From the NCBI GenBank assembly GCA_964636195.1, contig CAZWQR010000001.1:1-33276 (forward strand): 33,276 nucleotides of DNA. Direction: 5' to 3'. Of this stretch, positions 16,425 to 24,031 are shown piece after piece (position 1 is the first letter of the stretch; each line of letters starts with the position of its first letter). This stretch comes from an uncultured Candidatus Saccharibacteria bacterium (GTDB lineage: Bacteria; Patescibacteriota; Minisyncoccia; Minisyncoccales; PEYH01). A model generated the notes under the pieces. It was not told where the DNA came from. It ran no database searches and saw only the letters and a program-made list of their open reading frames with translations. Position numbers and translations under genes: made by a program.

Positions 16425-16802
16425 ATGGAGGCAAATATTTTAATAGTAGAGGATGATAAGTTTTTAAGGGAGCTTATTTCCCGAAAGCTTTTGAGCGAGG
16501 GATTCAAAATAGAAGAAGCCATTGACGGAGAAGAAGGTTTAGCTAAAGCAAAGGAAGTAAAGCCAGATTTAATTCTACTTGATTTAATTCTTCCAGGGCT
16601 GGACGGCTTTGAGGTTTTAAGACGCATAAAAGACAATCCCAGCACTTCCTCTATTCCTGTTTTGATCCTTTCTAATCTGGGCCAAAAAGACGAAATAGAG
16701 AAAGGATTAAGTTTGGGAGCGGTTGACTTTCTGGTTAAGGCCCACTTCACCCCAGAAGAGATTGTTGCCAAGATGAAAGATGTTTTACCGAAGAAGAAAT
16801 AA
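16425..16802 (+). CDS. Single-domain response regulator (receiver only), paralogue of the previous gene
   Basis: 125 aa. VEDD, LLDLILP, LSNLG and LVK motifs. No output domain. Confidence 0.9.
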   Translation: MEANILIVEDDKFLRELISRKLLSEGFKIEEAIDGEEGLAKAKEVKPDLILLDLILPGLDGFEVLRRIKDNPSTSSIPVLILSNLGQKDEIEKGLSLGAVDFLVKAHFTPEEIVAKMKDVLPKKK

Positions 16803-16819
16803 CAGAGAAGAAAACAAAT

Positions 16820-16851
16820 GAAAAGTCCTGGAGAGGGACTTTTCTATTTTT
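16820..16851 (+). terminator. Rho-independent terminator after the second receiver gene
   Basis: GAAAAGTCC-tggagag-GGACTTTTC: perfect 9-bp stem followed by TATTTTT. It abuts the holA ATG. Confidence 0.7.
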
Positions 16852-17754
16852 ATGCTTATTTTAGTACACGGGAAAGACTATTACAGGGCTAGCAAAAAAG
16901 CCAAAGAATTAGCAGGCCCGAAAGCCGAAATTTTTGATTTTGGAACAGATTTTGACTTTTCTTTTTTTAAGGACGCCTTGGGCACTAGCGGTCTTTTTGA
17001 CAAACAAAAGATTCTTATCCTAAGAGATTTTTTTTCTGATCCTTCTTTTAAGGAAGAGTTTTTAAAAAGAGCTGACGAGATTAGTCATAAAAACGATTTG
17101 GTGGTTTTTTTAGAAGACCAAATTGTTAGAGGGGAGGTTCTCTCTTTCTTTAAGAAAAAGGGCAAAGTTTTTGTTTTCAATCCCCTAAAAGAATCCGAGC
17201 TTGAAAAATGGGTTAAAGACCGCCTTCAAGAACTTAATTTTAGCATTGAAGAAAAAGCACTTTCAGATTTAATTGCTTCGGTGGGCCGTGATCTCTGGCG
17301 CTTGGATTTGGAACTTCAAAAACTGGCCGCCTTTGGTTTTGCTTCTAAAAAGATTAAACCGGAGGATGTTTCCTTGCTCGTGAAAGAATCTTTTAGCGCC
17401 GATATTTTTAAAACCATTGACGCTGTGGCCAACAGAGACAAAAAAAGTGCTTTGAAGCTTTTACACAAGCACTTGGAAAAAGGTGATTCGCCCTTTTATA
17501 TTTTTTCAATGTTCCATTATCAATTTAGAAATTTGATTGTAGTAAAAGAGTTAGACAAAAAGCCCTTGCCAGAGCTGATAAAAAGTTTAGATATTTATCC
17601 TTTTGTAATTAGAAAGACTTATTACCTTTGTAAGAAATTTGAAATGGAGAAACTAAAAAAGATATATACAAAGCTTTTTAAGCTTGATTTAGCTGTAAAA
17701 AAAGGGAAAATAAAACCAGAGCTGGCTCTGGAATTATTGATTGCTGACATTTAA
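16852..17754 (+). CDS. holA: DNA polymerase III delta subunit
   Basis: 300 aa. Family-typical N-terminus (LILVHGKDYY) and C-terminal helical region. It shows the conserved convergent pairing with rpsT. The sequence match is judged from memory only. Confidence 0.6.
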   Translation: MLILVHGKDYYRASKKAKELAGPKAEIFDFGTDFDFSFFKDALGTSGLFDKQKILILRDFFSDPSFKEEFLKRADEISHKNDLVVFLEDQIVRGEVLSFFKKKGKVFVFNPLKESELEKWVKDRLQELNFSIEEKALSDLIASVGRDLWRLDLELQKLAAFGFASKKIKPEDVSLLVKESFSADIFKTIDAVANRDKKSALKLLHKHLEKGDSPFYIFSMFHYQFRNLIVVKELDKKPLPELIKSLDIYPFVIRKTYYLCKKFEMEKLKKIYTKLFKLDLAVKKGKIKPELALELLIADI

Positions 17755-18005
17755 GCTAGGGTTTTGGTAAGGCGCGATTTTTTCCTATCAGCATTATTCT
17801 TTTTTATTACTTTTTCTTTAGCTGCTTTATCTACAGCTTTGTAATATTTTGAGAGTGAAGCCTTAGCTTCTTTATTTTTCCCTTGTTCTTTAAGGGTAAG
17901 AATTTCTTTTTTTATTTTTTTGATTTTCTTAAGATAAACTAAATTATGCGCTCGGTTTCGGCGCTCTTTTCTTAAGCTTTTTTTTGCAGATTTTGTTATT
18001 GGCAT
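17751..18005 (-). CDS. rpsT: 30S ribosomal protein S20
   Basis: MPITKSAKKSLRKERRNRAHNLVYLKK... is typical S20. The start was chosen at ATG 18005; the ORF track extends 11 codons upstream. Confidence 0.9.
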   Translation of the reverse strand: MPITKSAKKSLRKERRNRAHNLVYLKKIKKIKKEILTLKEQGKNKEAKASLSKYYKAVDKAAKEKVIKKNNADRKKSRLTKTLA

Positions 18006-18060
18006 AGTCTTTGGATTATAATAGAAAGAGAATAACATAAATAAAAAAAATTATCAAGTT

Positions 18061-18543
18061 ATGGATCCAATAACTTTAGCTATTATTTCCAGTTTTATTA
18101 TTCTATTAGGATTAGCTGGCATTATTCTGCCTTTTGTGCCAGATATTTTGCTTTCTTGGTTCGGGTTTTTTGTTTTTGGCTTTGGCTCTGGCTTTGAGCT
18201 TATAAGTCTAAATACAATTTTGATATTTTTAGGTTTAAGCTTGCTGGTTTTTATTTTTGACTTTTTGGCGCCTATCATTGGAGCTAAAAGATACCAAGCC
18301 AGCAAATTAGGTTTAGCTGGCGCTTCTTTGGGGCTTTTTTTAGGTATTGTTTTATTTGGCCCCTTTGGCATAATTTTGGGTCCTTTGCTCGGGACTTTAG
18401 CGGGCGAGTTTCTGGCGGAAAAGGAGTTATGCCAGGTTTTTAAATCAGCAAAAGGAATTATTTTTGGCTTTCTTCTAGCCGTAGTTTTGAAAATTGTTTT
18501 GATTTTTGTAATGTTTGGTTTTGTACTTAAACCCCTTTTTTGA
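18061..18543 (+). CDS. DUF456-like small membrane protein
   Basis: 160 aa with 4 predicted TM segments. LGLAGIILPFVPDILL resembles the DUF456 N-terminal P..PG motif. Confidence 0.45.
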   Translation: MDPITLAIISSFIILLGLAGIILPFVPDILLSWFGFFVFGFGSGFELISLNTILIFLGLSLLVFIFDFLAPIIGAKRYQASKLGLAGASLGLFLGIVLFGPFGIILGPLLGTLAGEFLAEKELCQVFKSAKGIIFGFLLAVVLKIVLIFVMFGFVLKPLF

Positions 18544-18571
18544 TTAAAGAAATTAAGCTAGAATTAATTTA

Positions 18572-19138
18572 GTGATTAGTTACTTAAAAGGCAAAATTAA
18601 GACCAAAGATAAAGAAAGTCTGGTTTTAGAAAATCAGGGCCTAGGTTTTAAGGTTTTTGTTTCGCAAAAGACACTTGCTCTCGCAAAAGAAGGAGAAGAG
18701 ATGGAGCTTTATACTGGATTTGTTTTTAGGAACGAGAAACCAGAGCTTTATGGCTTTTTAAGCCCTCAAGAGCTCTCTGTCTTTGAGATAGTGGAAGCTA
18801 TTTCTGGAATTGGCCCTAAGGGAGCTCTTTTGATTTCTGCTTTAGGCGCCTTGGAAGATTTAAAGAAAGCAGTTGAAGAGAAAAACTTTTCTTATTTTTC
18901 CAAAGTTAAAGGAATTGGCAAAAAAAAGGTTCAAAAAATTATTTTGGAATTGGGCGGAAGCTTGCAAGATCTTAACAAAAACACAACTCAAAGAGAAGAT
19001 GACGCCTTGCGAGCTCTTATCTCTTTGGGCTTTAGCCGGAAAGAGGCCGAACAGGCATTGCAAAGCGTTCCTAAGGAACTTTTACAAACCAAAGAAAAAG
19101 TCCAGGCGGCTTTGCGGTTTTTTAGTAAAAATGATTAA
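18572..19138 (+). CDS. ruvA: Holliday junction DNA helicase subunit RuvA (GTG start)
   Basis: ISYLKGKI...ESLVLENQGLGFKVFVS OB-fold N-terminus. HhH motifs (ISGIGPKGA, VKGIGKKKV). C-terminal domain III (ALISLGFSRKEAEQAL). Confidence 0.92.
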   Translation: MISYLKGKIKTKDKESLVLENQGLGFKVFVSQKTLALAKEGEEMELYTGFVFRNEKPELYGFLSPQELSVFEIVEAISGIGPKGALLISALGALEDLKKAVEEKNFSYFSKVKGIGKKKVQKIILELGGSLQDLNKNTTQREDDALRALISLGFSRKEAEQALQSVPKELLQTKEKVQAALRFFSKND

Positions 19139-20375
19139 GCAATTTATTAAGAAAATAGTCCCTAAATTTTTGTTGGATTGGTATTACCAATTTTTTCCTT
19201 TTTTAGGCGCTTTAATTTATCGTTTTCCTAGTAGGAAGCTTTCTGTGATAGGGATTACCGGTACTAACGGCAAGTCTACGGTAGTAGAATTAGTAAGCAG
19301 CATTTTGAACCAAGCGGGTTGCAAGGTAGCCTCTGCTTCTTCTATCAGGTTTCAGATTCGAGACAAAGTGTGGCAGAATAAGCTAAAAATGACAATGCCC
19401 GGTCGAATGAAGTTGCAGGCTTTTTTAAAAAAAGCGGTGGATAGGGGTTGTGATTATGCGGTGATTGAAGTAACTTCAGAGGGCATAAAACAGTTCCGCC
19501 ACGCTTTTATAGATTTTAAAACAGCGGTGATTACTAATTTAACCAGAGAGCACATTGAGTCGCACGGCAGTTTTGAGAATTACAAAAAAGAGAAAGCCAA
19601 ACTTTTTAAGAAGGCCAAAGTTGTCATAGTGAACTTGGATGACAAAAATGCCGACTATTTCTTGAATTTGAAAGAGGGCAAAAAATACGGCTTTACTATT
19701 CAAGGAGAAGAGCGACCCGGAATAGAAGTTATAAAAGGAGAAGAGATTACTCTTTTTAGGAGCGGTTCTCAATTTAAAGTTTTAGGAGAGAAGCTAAAAA
19801 TAAACCTACCTGGAAAATTCAATGTTTCTAATGCTCTAGCAGCGGTTTGTGTTGGCTTATCTCAAAAAGTAGCTTTAGAAGATATTAAAAAAGGGCTAGA
19901 AGAAGTAAAAAATATTCCCGGGAGACTAGATATTGTTTCTTTTGATCCCTTTTCGGTTTATGTTGATTATGCCCATACGCCTGATGCTTTAGAAAATATT
20001 TACAAAACTTTAAAAACAGACAAGAATTTAATCTGTGTTTTGGGATCTTGCGGTGGAGGTAGAGACAAGTGGAAAAGGCCAGAACTGGGCCGGATTGCAG
20101 AAAATTATTGCGACAAGATTATCTTGACCAATGAAGACCCTTATGATGAGGATCCTCAGACCATTTTAGAAGATATTAAAAAAGGAATTGTAAAAAAGGA
20201 AGCGGAAATGATTTTAGATAGAAAGGAAGCAATCAGAAAAGCGCTCACCCTTGCTTTGCCAGGCGATACTGTAATTATCACTGGCAAGGGCAGGGAACCC
20301 TGGATGTGCCTTGCTAATGGGAGAAGAATTCCCTGGGATGACAAGGAAATAGTTGAAGAACAGCTTGATTTATGA
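19131..20375 (+). CDS. murE: MurE-type Mur ligase (UDP-MurNAc-tripeptide synthetase), short N-terminus
   Basis: P-loop GITGTNGKST, MTMPG (TTP-like), VDYAHTPDALE (MurE-type signature), C-terminal GKG. The ATG at 19131 overlaps the ruvA stop (ATGATTAA). The ORF-track extension back to 18873 is out of frame within ruvA. Confidence 0.75.
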   Translation: MIKQFIKKIVPKFLLDWYYQFFPFLGALIYRFPSRKLSVIGITGTNGKSTVVELVSSILNQAGCKVASASSIRFQIRDKVWQNKLKMTMPGRMKLQAFLKKAVDRGCDYAVIEVTSEGIKQFRHAFIDFKTAVITNLTREHIESHGSFENYKKEKAKLFKKAKVVIVNLDDKNADYFLNLKEGKKYGFTIQGEERPGIEVIKGEEITLFRSGSQFKVLGEKLKINLPGKFNVSNALAAVCVGLSQKVALEDIKKGLEEVKNIPGRLDIVSFDPFSVYVDYAHTPDALENIYKTLKTDKNLICVLGSCGGGRDKWKRPELGRIAENYCDKIILTNEDPYDEDPQTILEDIKKGIVKKEAEMILDRKEAIRKALTLALPGDTVIITGKGREPWMCLANGRRIPWDDKEIVEEQLDL

Positions 20376-20387
20376 TAAGCTCTCCTT

Positions 20388-20540
20388 ATGAAAATCAAAA
20401 AGATGCCAGCCAGTATTCGCAAACATATTCGTAAAGAGAAAGCCCGGATTCGCCGGGAGATTTTGGATGTAAGAGAACGCGAACAAAAAATCCAATCCCT
20501 TTATGCTAAGTTTGGCAAAAAAAGGAGCGGGAAGGAGTAA
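20388..20540 (+). CDS. Candidate 50-aa highly basic small protein (unannotated)
   Basis: Hand translation gives MKIKKMPASIRKHIRKEKARIRREILDVREREQKIQSLYAKFGKKRSGKE. That is 51 stop-free codons in AT-rich DNA. No clear Shine-Dalgarno. The stop abuts the heptad array. Confidence 0.35.
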   Translation: MKIKKMPASIRKHIRKEKARIRREILDVREREQKIQSLYAKFGKKRSGKE

Positions 20541-20544
20541 TCCT

Positions 20545-20724
20545 CAATTTTCAATTTTCAATAAACCAATTATCAATGAATGTTCAATAAACCAATTATC
20601 CAATTATCGAATTATCCAATTATCAAACAAGGAAATAGTGGGGTTTTGCTTGAAAATTGATAATTGTTTGAAAATTGAAGGATTGATAATTGACTGAAAA
20701 TTGAAAATTGATAATTGAAAATTT
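20545..20724. repeat. Inverted arrays of 7-bp repeats: 7x AATTWTC (left) facing 8x GAWAATT (right)
   Basis: Left-arm copies are at 20546, 20553, 20568, 20594, 20602, 20610 and 20618. Right-arm copies are at 20652, 20659, 20670, 20685, 20696, 20703, 20710 and 20717. The centre lies near 20638. A 16-nt direct repeat CAATAAACCAATTATC occurs at 20559 and 20585. Confidence 0.85.
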
Positions 20725-20731
20725 AAATCCA

Positions 20732-21673
20732 ATGACCATATCTGATATATATAATTTAGCCATCCAAACAGGCATTGAAGCTGATTTGCGCGGAAGGGAA
20801 GGTGTTAAAAAGGCGCTTGAGAGAAGAAATAAGAGATATCAAGCTTTAAGCGAACAAGCTAAAGCGGATTTTGATAAAGAGCTTTTAAATAATCCTTATT
20901 CTGATTCTAGAATTTTACATATAGCAGAGGATAAAGATATAAAAAAGATTTTAGTTGGCATTGACATAGAGCCAGCCGAGCTTTTGATGGCTAAGCAATT
21001 GGGTGCAGACCTTGTTATATCACACCATCCTTTAGGCAAGGCCTTGGCTACGTTGTATGAAGTAATGGAGCTGCAATCTGATGTTTTAAATAATTATGGT
21101 GTTCCTATAAACATTGCCGAAGGCTTGATGAGAGAAAAAATATCAGAGGTAGCTCGGGGTTTGAATAAATCAAACCACCAAAGGACAGTTGACGCCGCAA
21201 AACTTTTAAATATTAATTTAATTTGCCTGCATACTGTTTGTGATAATTTAGCAGCCAGTTTTCTTAAACAAAAAATAGAAACGAAAAGGCCGGAAACATT
21301 AGCCGAGATAATGGATATGTTAAACAACATTGAAGAATACAAGATTGCCAAGCGTAATGGCGCTGGGCCTAAGATTTTTGTTGGAGATAAGGAAAATCGC
21401 TGTGGCAAGATTGCTCTTACTGAAATTACCGGAGGCGCAGAAGGCAGCCCTAAAATATATGAAAAAATGGCCCAAGCAGGTATTGGTACTATAATTGCTA
21501 TGCATATCTCCGAAGAACATAAAAAGGAGGCAGAGAATTCCTTGCTTAATATGGTAATTGCCGGGCATATGTCGTCTGACTCTTTGGGCGTTAATCTCTT
21601 TTTAGACAAATTAGAAAAACAGGGGATAGAAATAGTGCCCTGTTCGGGTTTGATTAGGGTTCCTAGGAATTAA
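20732..21673 (+). CDS. NIF3 (DUF34) family dinuclear-metal protein
   Basis: GADLVISHHPLGKAL and the later LICLHTVCDN / AMHISEEH His clusters fit NIF3. The start was chosen at ATG 20732; the ORF-track TTG at 20708 lies inside the repeat array. Confidence 0.65.
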   Translation: MTISDIYNLAIQTGIEADLRGREGVKKALERRNKRYQALSEQAKADFDKELLNNPYSDSRILHIAEDKDIKKILVGIDIEPAELLMAKQLGADLVISHHPLGKALATLYEVMELQSDVLNNYGVPINIAEGLMREKISEVARGLNKSNHQRTVDAAKLLNINLICLHTVCDNLAASFLKQKIETKRPETLAEIMDMLNNIEEYKIAKRNGAGPKIFVGDKENRCGKIALTEITGGAEGSPKIYEKMAQAGIGTIIAMHISEEHKKEAENSLLNMVIAGHMSSDSLGVNLFLDKLEKQGIEIVPCSGLIRVPRN

Positions 21674-21730
21674 AAAACAATTGTAAACAAGTCTCAATTT
21701 TTATTGCTACCATAACTTGTTAGTGAAGCT

Positions 21731-21763
21731 GGCTTTGTGCTTAGTCCGACTAAGCACAAAGCC
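21731..21763 (+). terminator. Perfect 15-bp stem hairpin downstream of the NIF3 gene
   Basis: GGCTTTGTGCTTAGT-ccg-ACTAAGCACAAAGCC. No immediate T-tract follows, so terminator function is uncertain. Confidence 0.4.
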
Positions 21764-21827
21764 CTGGATATTAAAAAAAGTTGGTTTTTAGCAGCTTTTT
21801 TTGGTAAAATGTTTAATAAATGTTTAG

Positions 21828-22340
21828 ATGTTTAATATGGAAGATTTGGCAGATTCTATAATCAAAGATTTTTACAACAGACTGCCTAAATTCAAAGATG
21901 GGCGGATTGATTATTCTAAATCCAACATTGCTCCGGTAATAACTGTTTTTGTAGAATATCGGGGCAAAATATTGTTGTTAAAACGAAGCAGCCAGGTGGC
22001 TACTTACAAGAATAAATGGAATTGCGTAGCCGGGTATATAGACGATTTAAAGCCAATTAAAGAAAAGGTACTTGAAGAGCTTCAAGAAGAGCTTTCTTTA
22101 ACTAAACAAAACATTGAATCTATCTTTGTTGGCAAGAGCTATAAATTTTTTGATAAAGCGATTAACAAAACTTGGATTATCTTTCCAGTTTTAGCTAAAT
22201 TGAAAAAAGAAACAGAAATTATTCTTGATTGGGAGCACGAAAGTTGTAAATGGATTAAGCCCGAAGAAATTTTGAGCCTTGACACTGTTCCTTCTTTGGA
22301 TAAAACCCTGAGTTTTGTTTATGACCAAAAGAAAGAATAA
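21828..22340 (+). CDS. Nudix-fold protein with a degenerate Nudix box
   Basis: GYIDDLKPIKEKVLEELQEELSL aligns to Gx5Ex7REUxEExGU, with K for the first E, EE for RE and S for G. The start could instead be ATG 21837. Confidence 0.6.
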   Translation: MFNMEDLADSIIKDFYNRLPKFKDGRIDYSKSNIAPVITVFVEYRGKILLLKRSSQVATYKNKWNCVAGYIDDLKPIKEKVLEELQEELSLTKQNIESIFVGKSYKFFDKAINKTWIIFPVLAKLKKETEIILDWEHESCKWIKPEEILSLDTVPSLDKTLSFVYDQKKE

Positions 22341-22376
22341 AAAATTTAGAACCCCTTCAAGATTTATTGCCAAAAA

Positions 22377-23228
22377 ATGTCAGAAAAGAAAAAAGATAAA
22401 AAAATAGTTCAAACGCTTTTATTCGAAATTTTGTTTTTTTGTTTGGTTTTAGTGTTAGGCCTTTTTTCTGCCATAGAAGCAAAATTTATTTTAATAGAAT
22501 CAAACATTGAGGTACAAAAGATTAATTTTGAGGGATTTTTGTTTTATTTTTTAATAGGGACTGTTTTTGTTTTAGGTATTAGTTACTTTCGCAAAATTCG
22601 CAAATACAGGGGCGCTATATACAAATTTTTGTTTGTTTTTGCTTTTGCCTACGGGGCCTTAACTGTTCTTTCTCTTTTTTTTATAGACATTATAACCATT
22701 GTCCTGATTTTAATTCTGCTTTTTTTATGGTTTAAGCTTTCTTCAGTTTGGGTGCACGATATTGTGATGATTCTTTCTTTAGCCGGGATAGGGGCAATTT
22801 TTGGCCTGGCGATGGAACCCAAGGTGGTGGTGCTCTTGCTTTTAGCTCTGTCAGTTTATGATTTTATTGCGGTTTACAAAACTAAGCACATGATCAAGAT
22901 GGCTAAATCAATGCTTTCTTACGGCGTGGTTATGGGGATTATAGTGCCAAAAGAGGTGAAGGATTTTAAAGAGAAGGTTACAAACATTTCTCCAGGAGGC
23001 AGATTTATGGTTTTGGGCGGGGGAGACATTATCTTTCCTCTGCTGTTTTCTGTTTCTCTTTTAGATAAAGGCATAGTTTCTGTATTGACTGTGGCCGGTT
23101 TTTCTTTGGTAGGGGTAGCGGCTTCGCTTCTAATATTTTTATTGCAAAAAGAGCAAAAGCCCATTCCTGCCTTGCCGCCCATTGCTTTATTCTCAATAAT
23201 GGGTTATATCATAACTCTACTAATTTAA
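22377..23228 (+). CDS. Presenilin / signal-peptide-peptidase-type GxGD intramembrane aspartyl protease (peptidase A22-like)
   Basis: Polytopic membrane protein of 283 aa. YD motif (LSVYDFIAVYKTKHM), GxGD motif (LGGGDIIFP) and PAL motif (IPALPPI) occur in the canonical order and in hydrophobic segments. Confidence 0.75.
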   Translation: MSEKKKDKKIVQTLLFEILFFCLVLVLGLFSAIEAKFILIESNIEVQKINFEGFLFYFLIGTVFVLGISYFRKIRKYRGAIYKFLFVFAFAYGALTVLSLFFIDIITIVLILILLFLWFKLSSVWVHDIVMILSLAGIGAIFGLAMEPKVVVLLLLALSVYDFIAVYKTKHMIKMAKSMLSYGVVMGIIVPKEVKDFKEKVTNISPGGRFMVLGGGDIIFPLLFSVSLLDKGIVSVLTVAGFSLVGVAASLLIFLLQKEQKPIPALPPIALFSIMGYIITLLI

Positions 23229-23233
23229 AAACA

Positions 23234-23992
23234 ATGCTTGATAAAAAGAAAAAGTATTTACAAATTGCCCTTAATAGTACGGTTTCAGAAGCTCAAAAGG
23301 TGATTTCTAGAATTCCTTTAGACGAAAGGATAATTATTGAAGCAGGTACTCCCTTAATTAAGGCCTATGGAGCCAGAGGAATTGCGGCTATCAAAAGCGC
23401 TTGGGAAAGCAGGGCCTTTGGCGCGGCCCCAGCTCCGATACAGCTTTCCCCTATTGCTAAGGCAATTTTTCAGCAAATAGAGAAGAAAAAAAGAATTAAA
23501 AAAGGAATCTCCTTTTCTCCTTATATTGTGGCTGATTTAAAGTGTATGGACAGAGGTTTTAGGGAGGTAGAAATTGCCAGAAATGCCGGAGCCAGCGCAG
23601 CCACGGTTTTAGGCCATGCCCCTATTGAAACTATAGATGCCTTTATTGCTCATTGCAAAGAGCTGGGCGTTGATTCGGTAATTGATATGATGAACATTGA
23701 CTTTCCTCTCGGAATTTTAAGGCAGCTAAAGGAGCTTCCTCAAGTAGTAATCCTGCATCGCGGGGTTGATGAAGAGGACTACAACAAGGAAAAGCAAATT
23801 CCCTATCACGAAATTCAACGCATCAAAAGTCAGTATGACATAATTGTGGCCGTAGCCGGGGGAGATACAGATAGGGAAGTGCAGACAGCGGTTTTCAATG
23901 ACGTAGACATTATTGTTCTTTGGAGAGATTTCTATAAAGCCAGTTCTTCTATTGTAGAAATGACCACTAATTTTCTAAAGGAGATCAGATAA
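23234..23992 (+). CDS. 3-hexulose-6-phosphate synthase-like protein (OMP decarboxylase superfamily)
   Basis: YLQIALNS...IIEAGTPLIKAYG...VADLKCMDRG..EVEIARNAGASAATVLG...VIDMMN follows the HPS/KGPDC pattern (lQvAlD..., iiEvGTPLik, aDlKtmDaG). It carries an extra ~35-aa insert. Confidence 0.5.
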   Translation: MLDKKKKYLQIALNSTVSEAQKVISRIPLDERIIIEAGTPLIKAYGARGIAAIKSAWESRAFGAAPAPIQLSPIAKAIFQQIEKKKRIKKGISFSPYIVADLKCMDRGFREVEIARNAGASAATVLGHAPIETIDAFIAHCKELGVDSVIDMMNIDFPLGILRQLKELPQVVILHRGVDEEDYNKEKQIPYHEIQRIKSQYDIIVAVAGGDTDREVQTAVFNDVDIIVLWRDFYKASSSIVEMTTNFLKEIR

Positions 23993-23993
23993 C

Positions 23994-24029
23994 AAAAAAC
24001 CCGTCTTGAGAAGACAGGTTTTTTGTTTT
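23994..24029. terminator. Bidirectional intrinsic terminator between convergent genes
   Basis: AAAAAACCCGTCTTgagAAGACAGGTTTTTTG: A-tract, 8-bp stem with 1 mismatch, T-tract. Confidence 0.65.
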
Positions 24030-24031
24030 GT

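Noticed and set aside
16154-16771. 205-aa minus-strand ORF spanning both receiver genes and the spacer between them
   Set aside because: It is antisense to two genes that have complete, well-ordered receiver motifs. Its product is Ser/Ile/Leu-rich low-complexity sequence with no recognisable motif. It is a typical shadow ORF of AT-rich coding DNA.
18054-18371. 105-aa Lys/Pro-rich minus-strand ORF overlapping the DUF456-like gene
   Set aside because: The plus-strand frame encodes a coherent four-TM membrane protein. The minus frame is low-complexity (KPK repeats), as expected from translating the complement of Phe/Gly/Leu codons.
18873-19130. ORF-track 5' extension of the Mur ligase gene back into ruvA
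   Set aside because: The extension is out of frame within the well-supported ruvA gene and encodes no Mur ligase sequence. The ATG at 19131 overlaps the ruvA stop in a typical coupled arrangement.
20503-20697. 64-aa ORF covering the heptad array
   Set aside because: Its sequence (…NQLSNYRIIQLSN…CLKIDNCLKIEG…) is just the repeat units read in frame. It also overlaps the more plausible basic small ORF in another frame.
20545-20724. Possibility that the repeat region is a CRISPR array or a Fur-box cluster
   Set aside because: The units are 7-8 bp and contiguous, with no 25-40-bp spacers, so this is not CRISPR. GATAAT hexamers are present, but no 19-bp GATAATGATAATCATTATC-like or 7-1-7 arrangement occurs within one arm.
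21094-21609. 171-aa minus-strand ORF (plus a nested 82-aa ORF) inside the NIF3 gene
   Set aside because: It is antisense to a gene with family motifs and has no motifs of its own. Treated as a shadow ORF.
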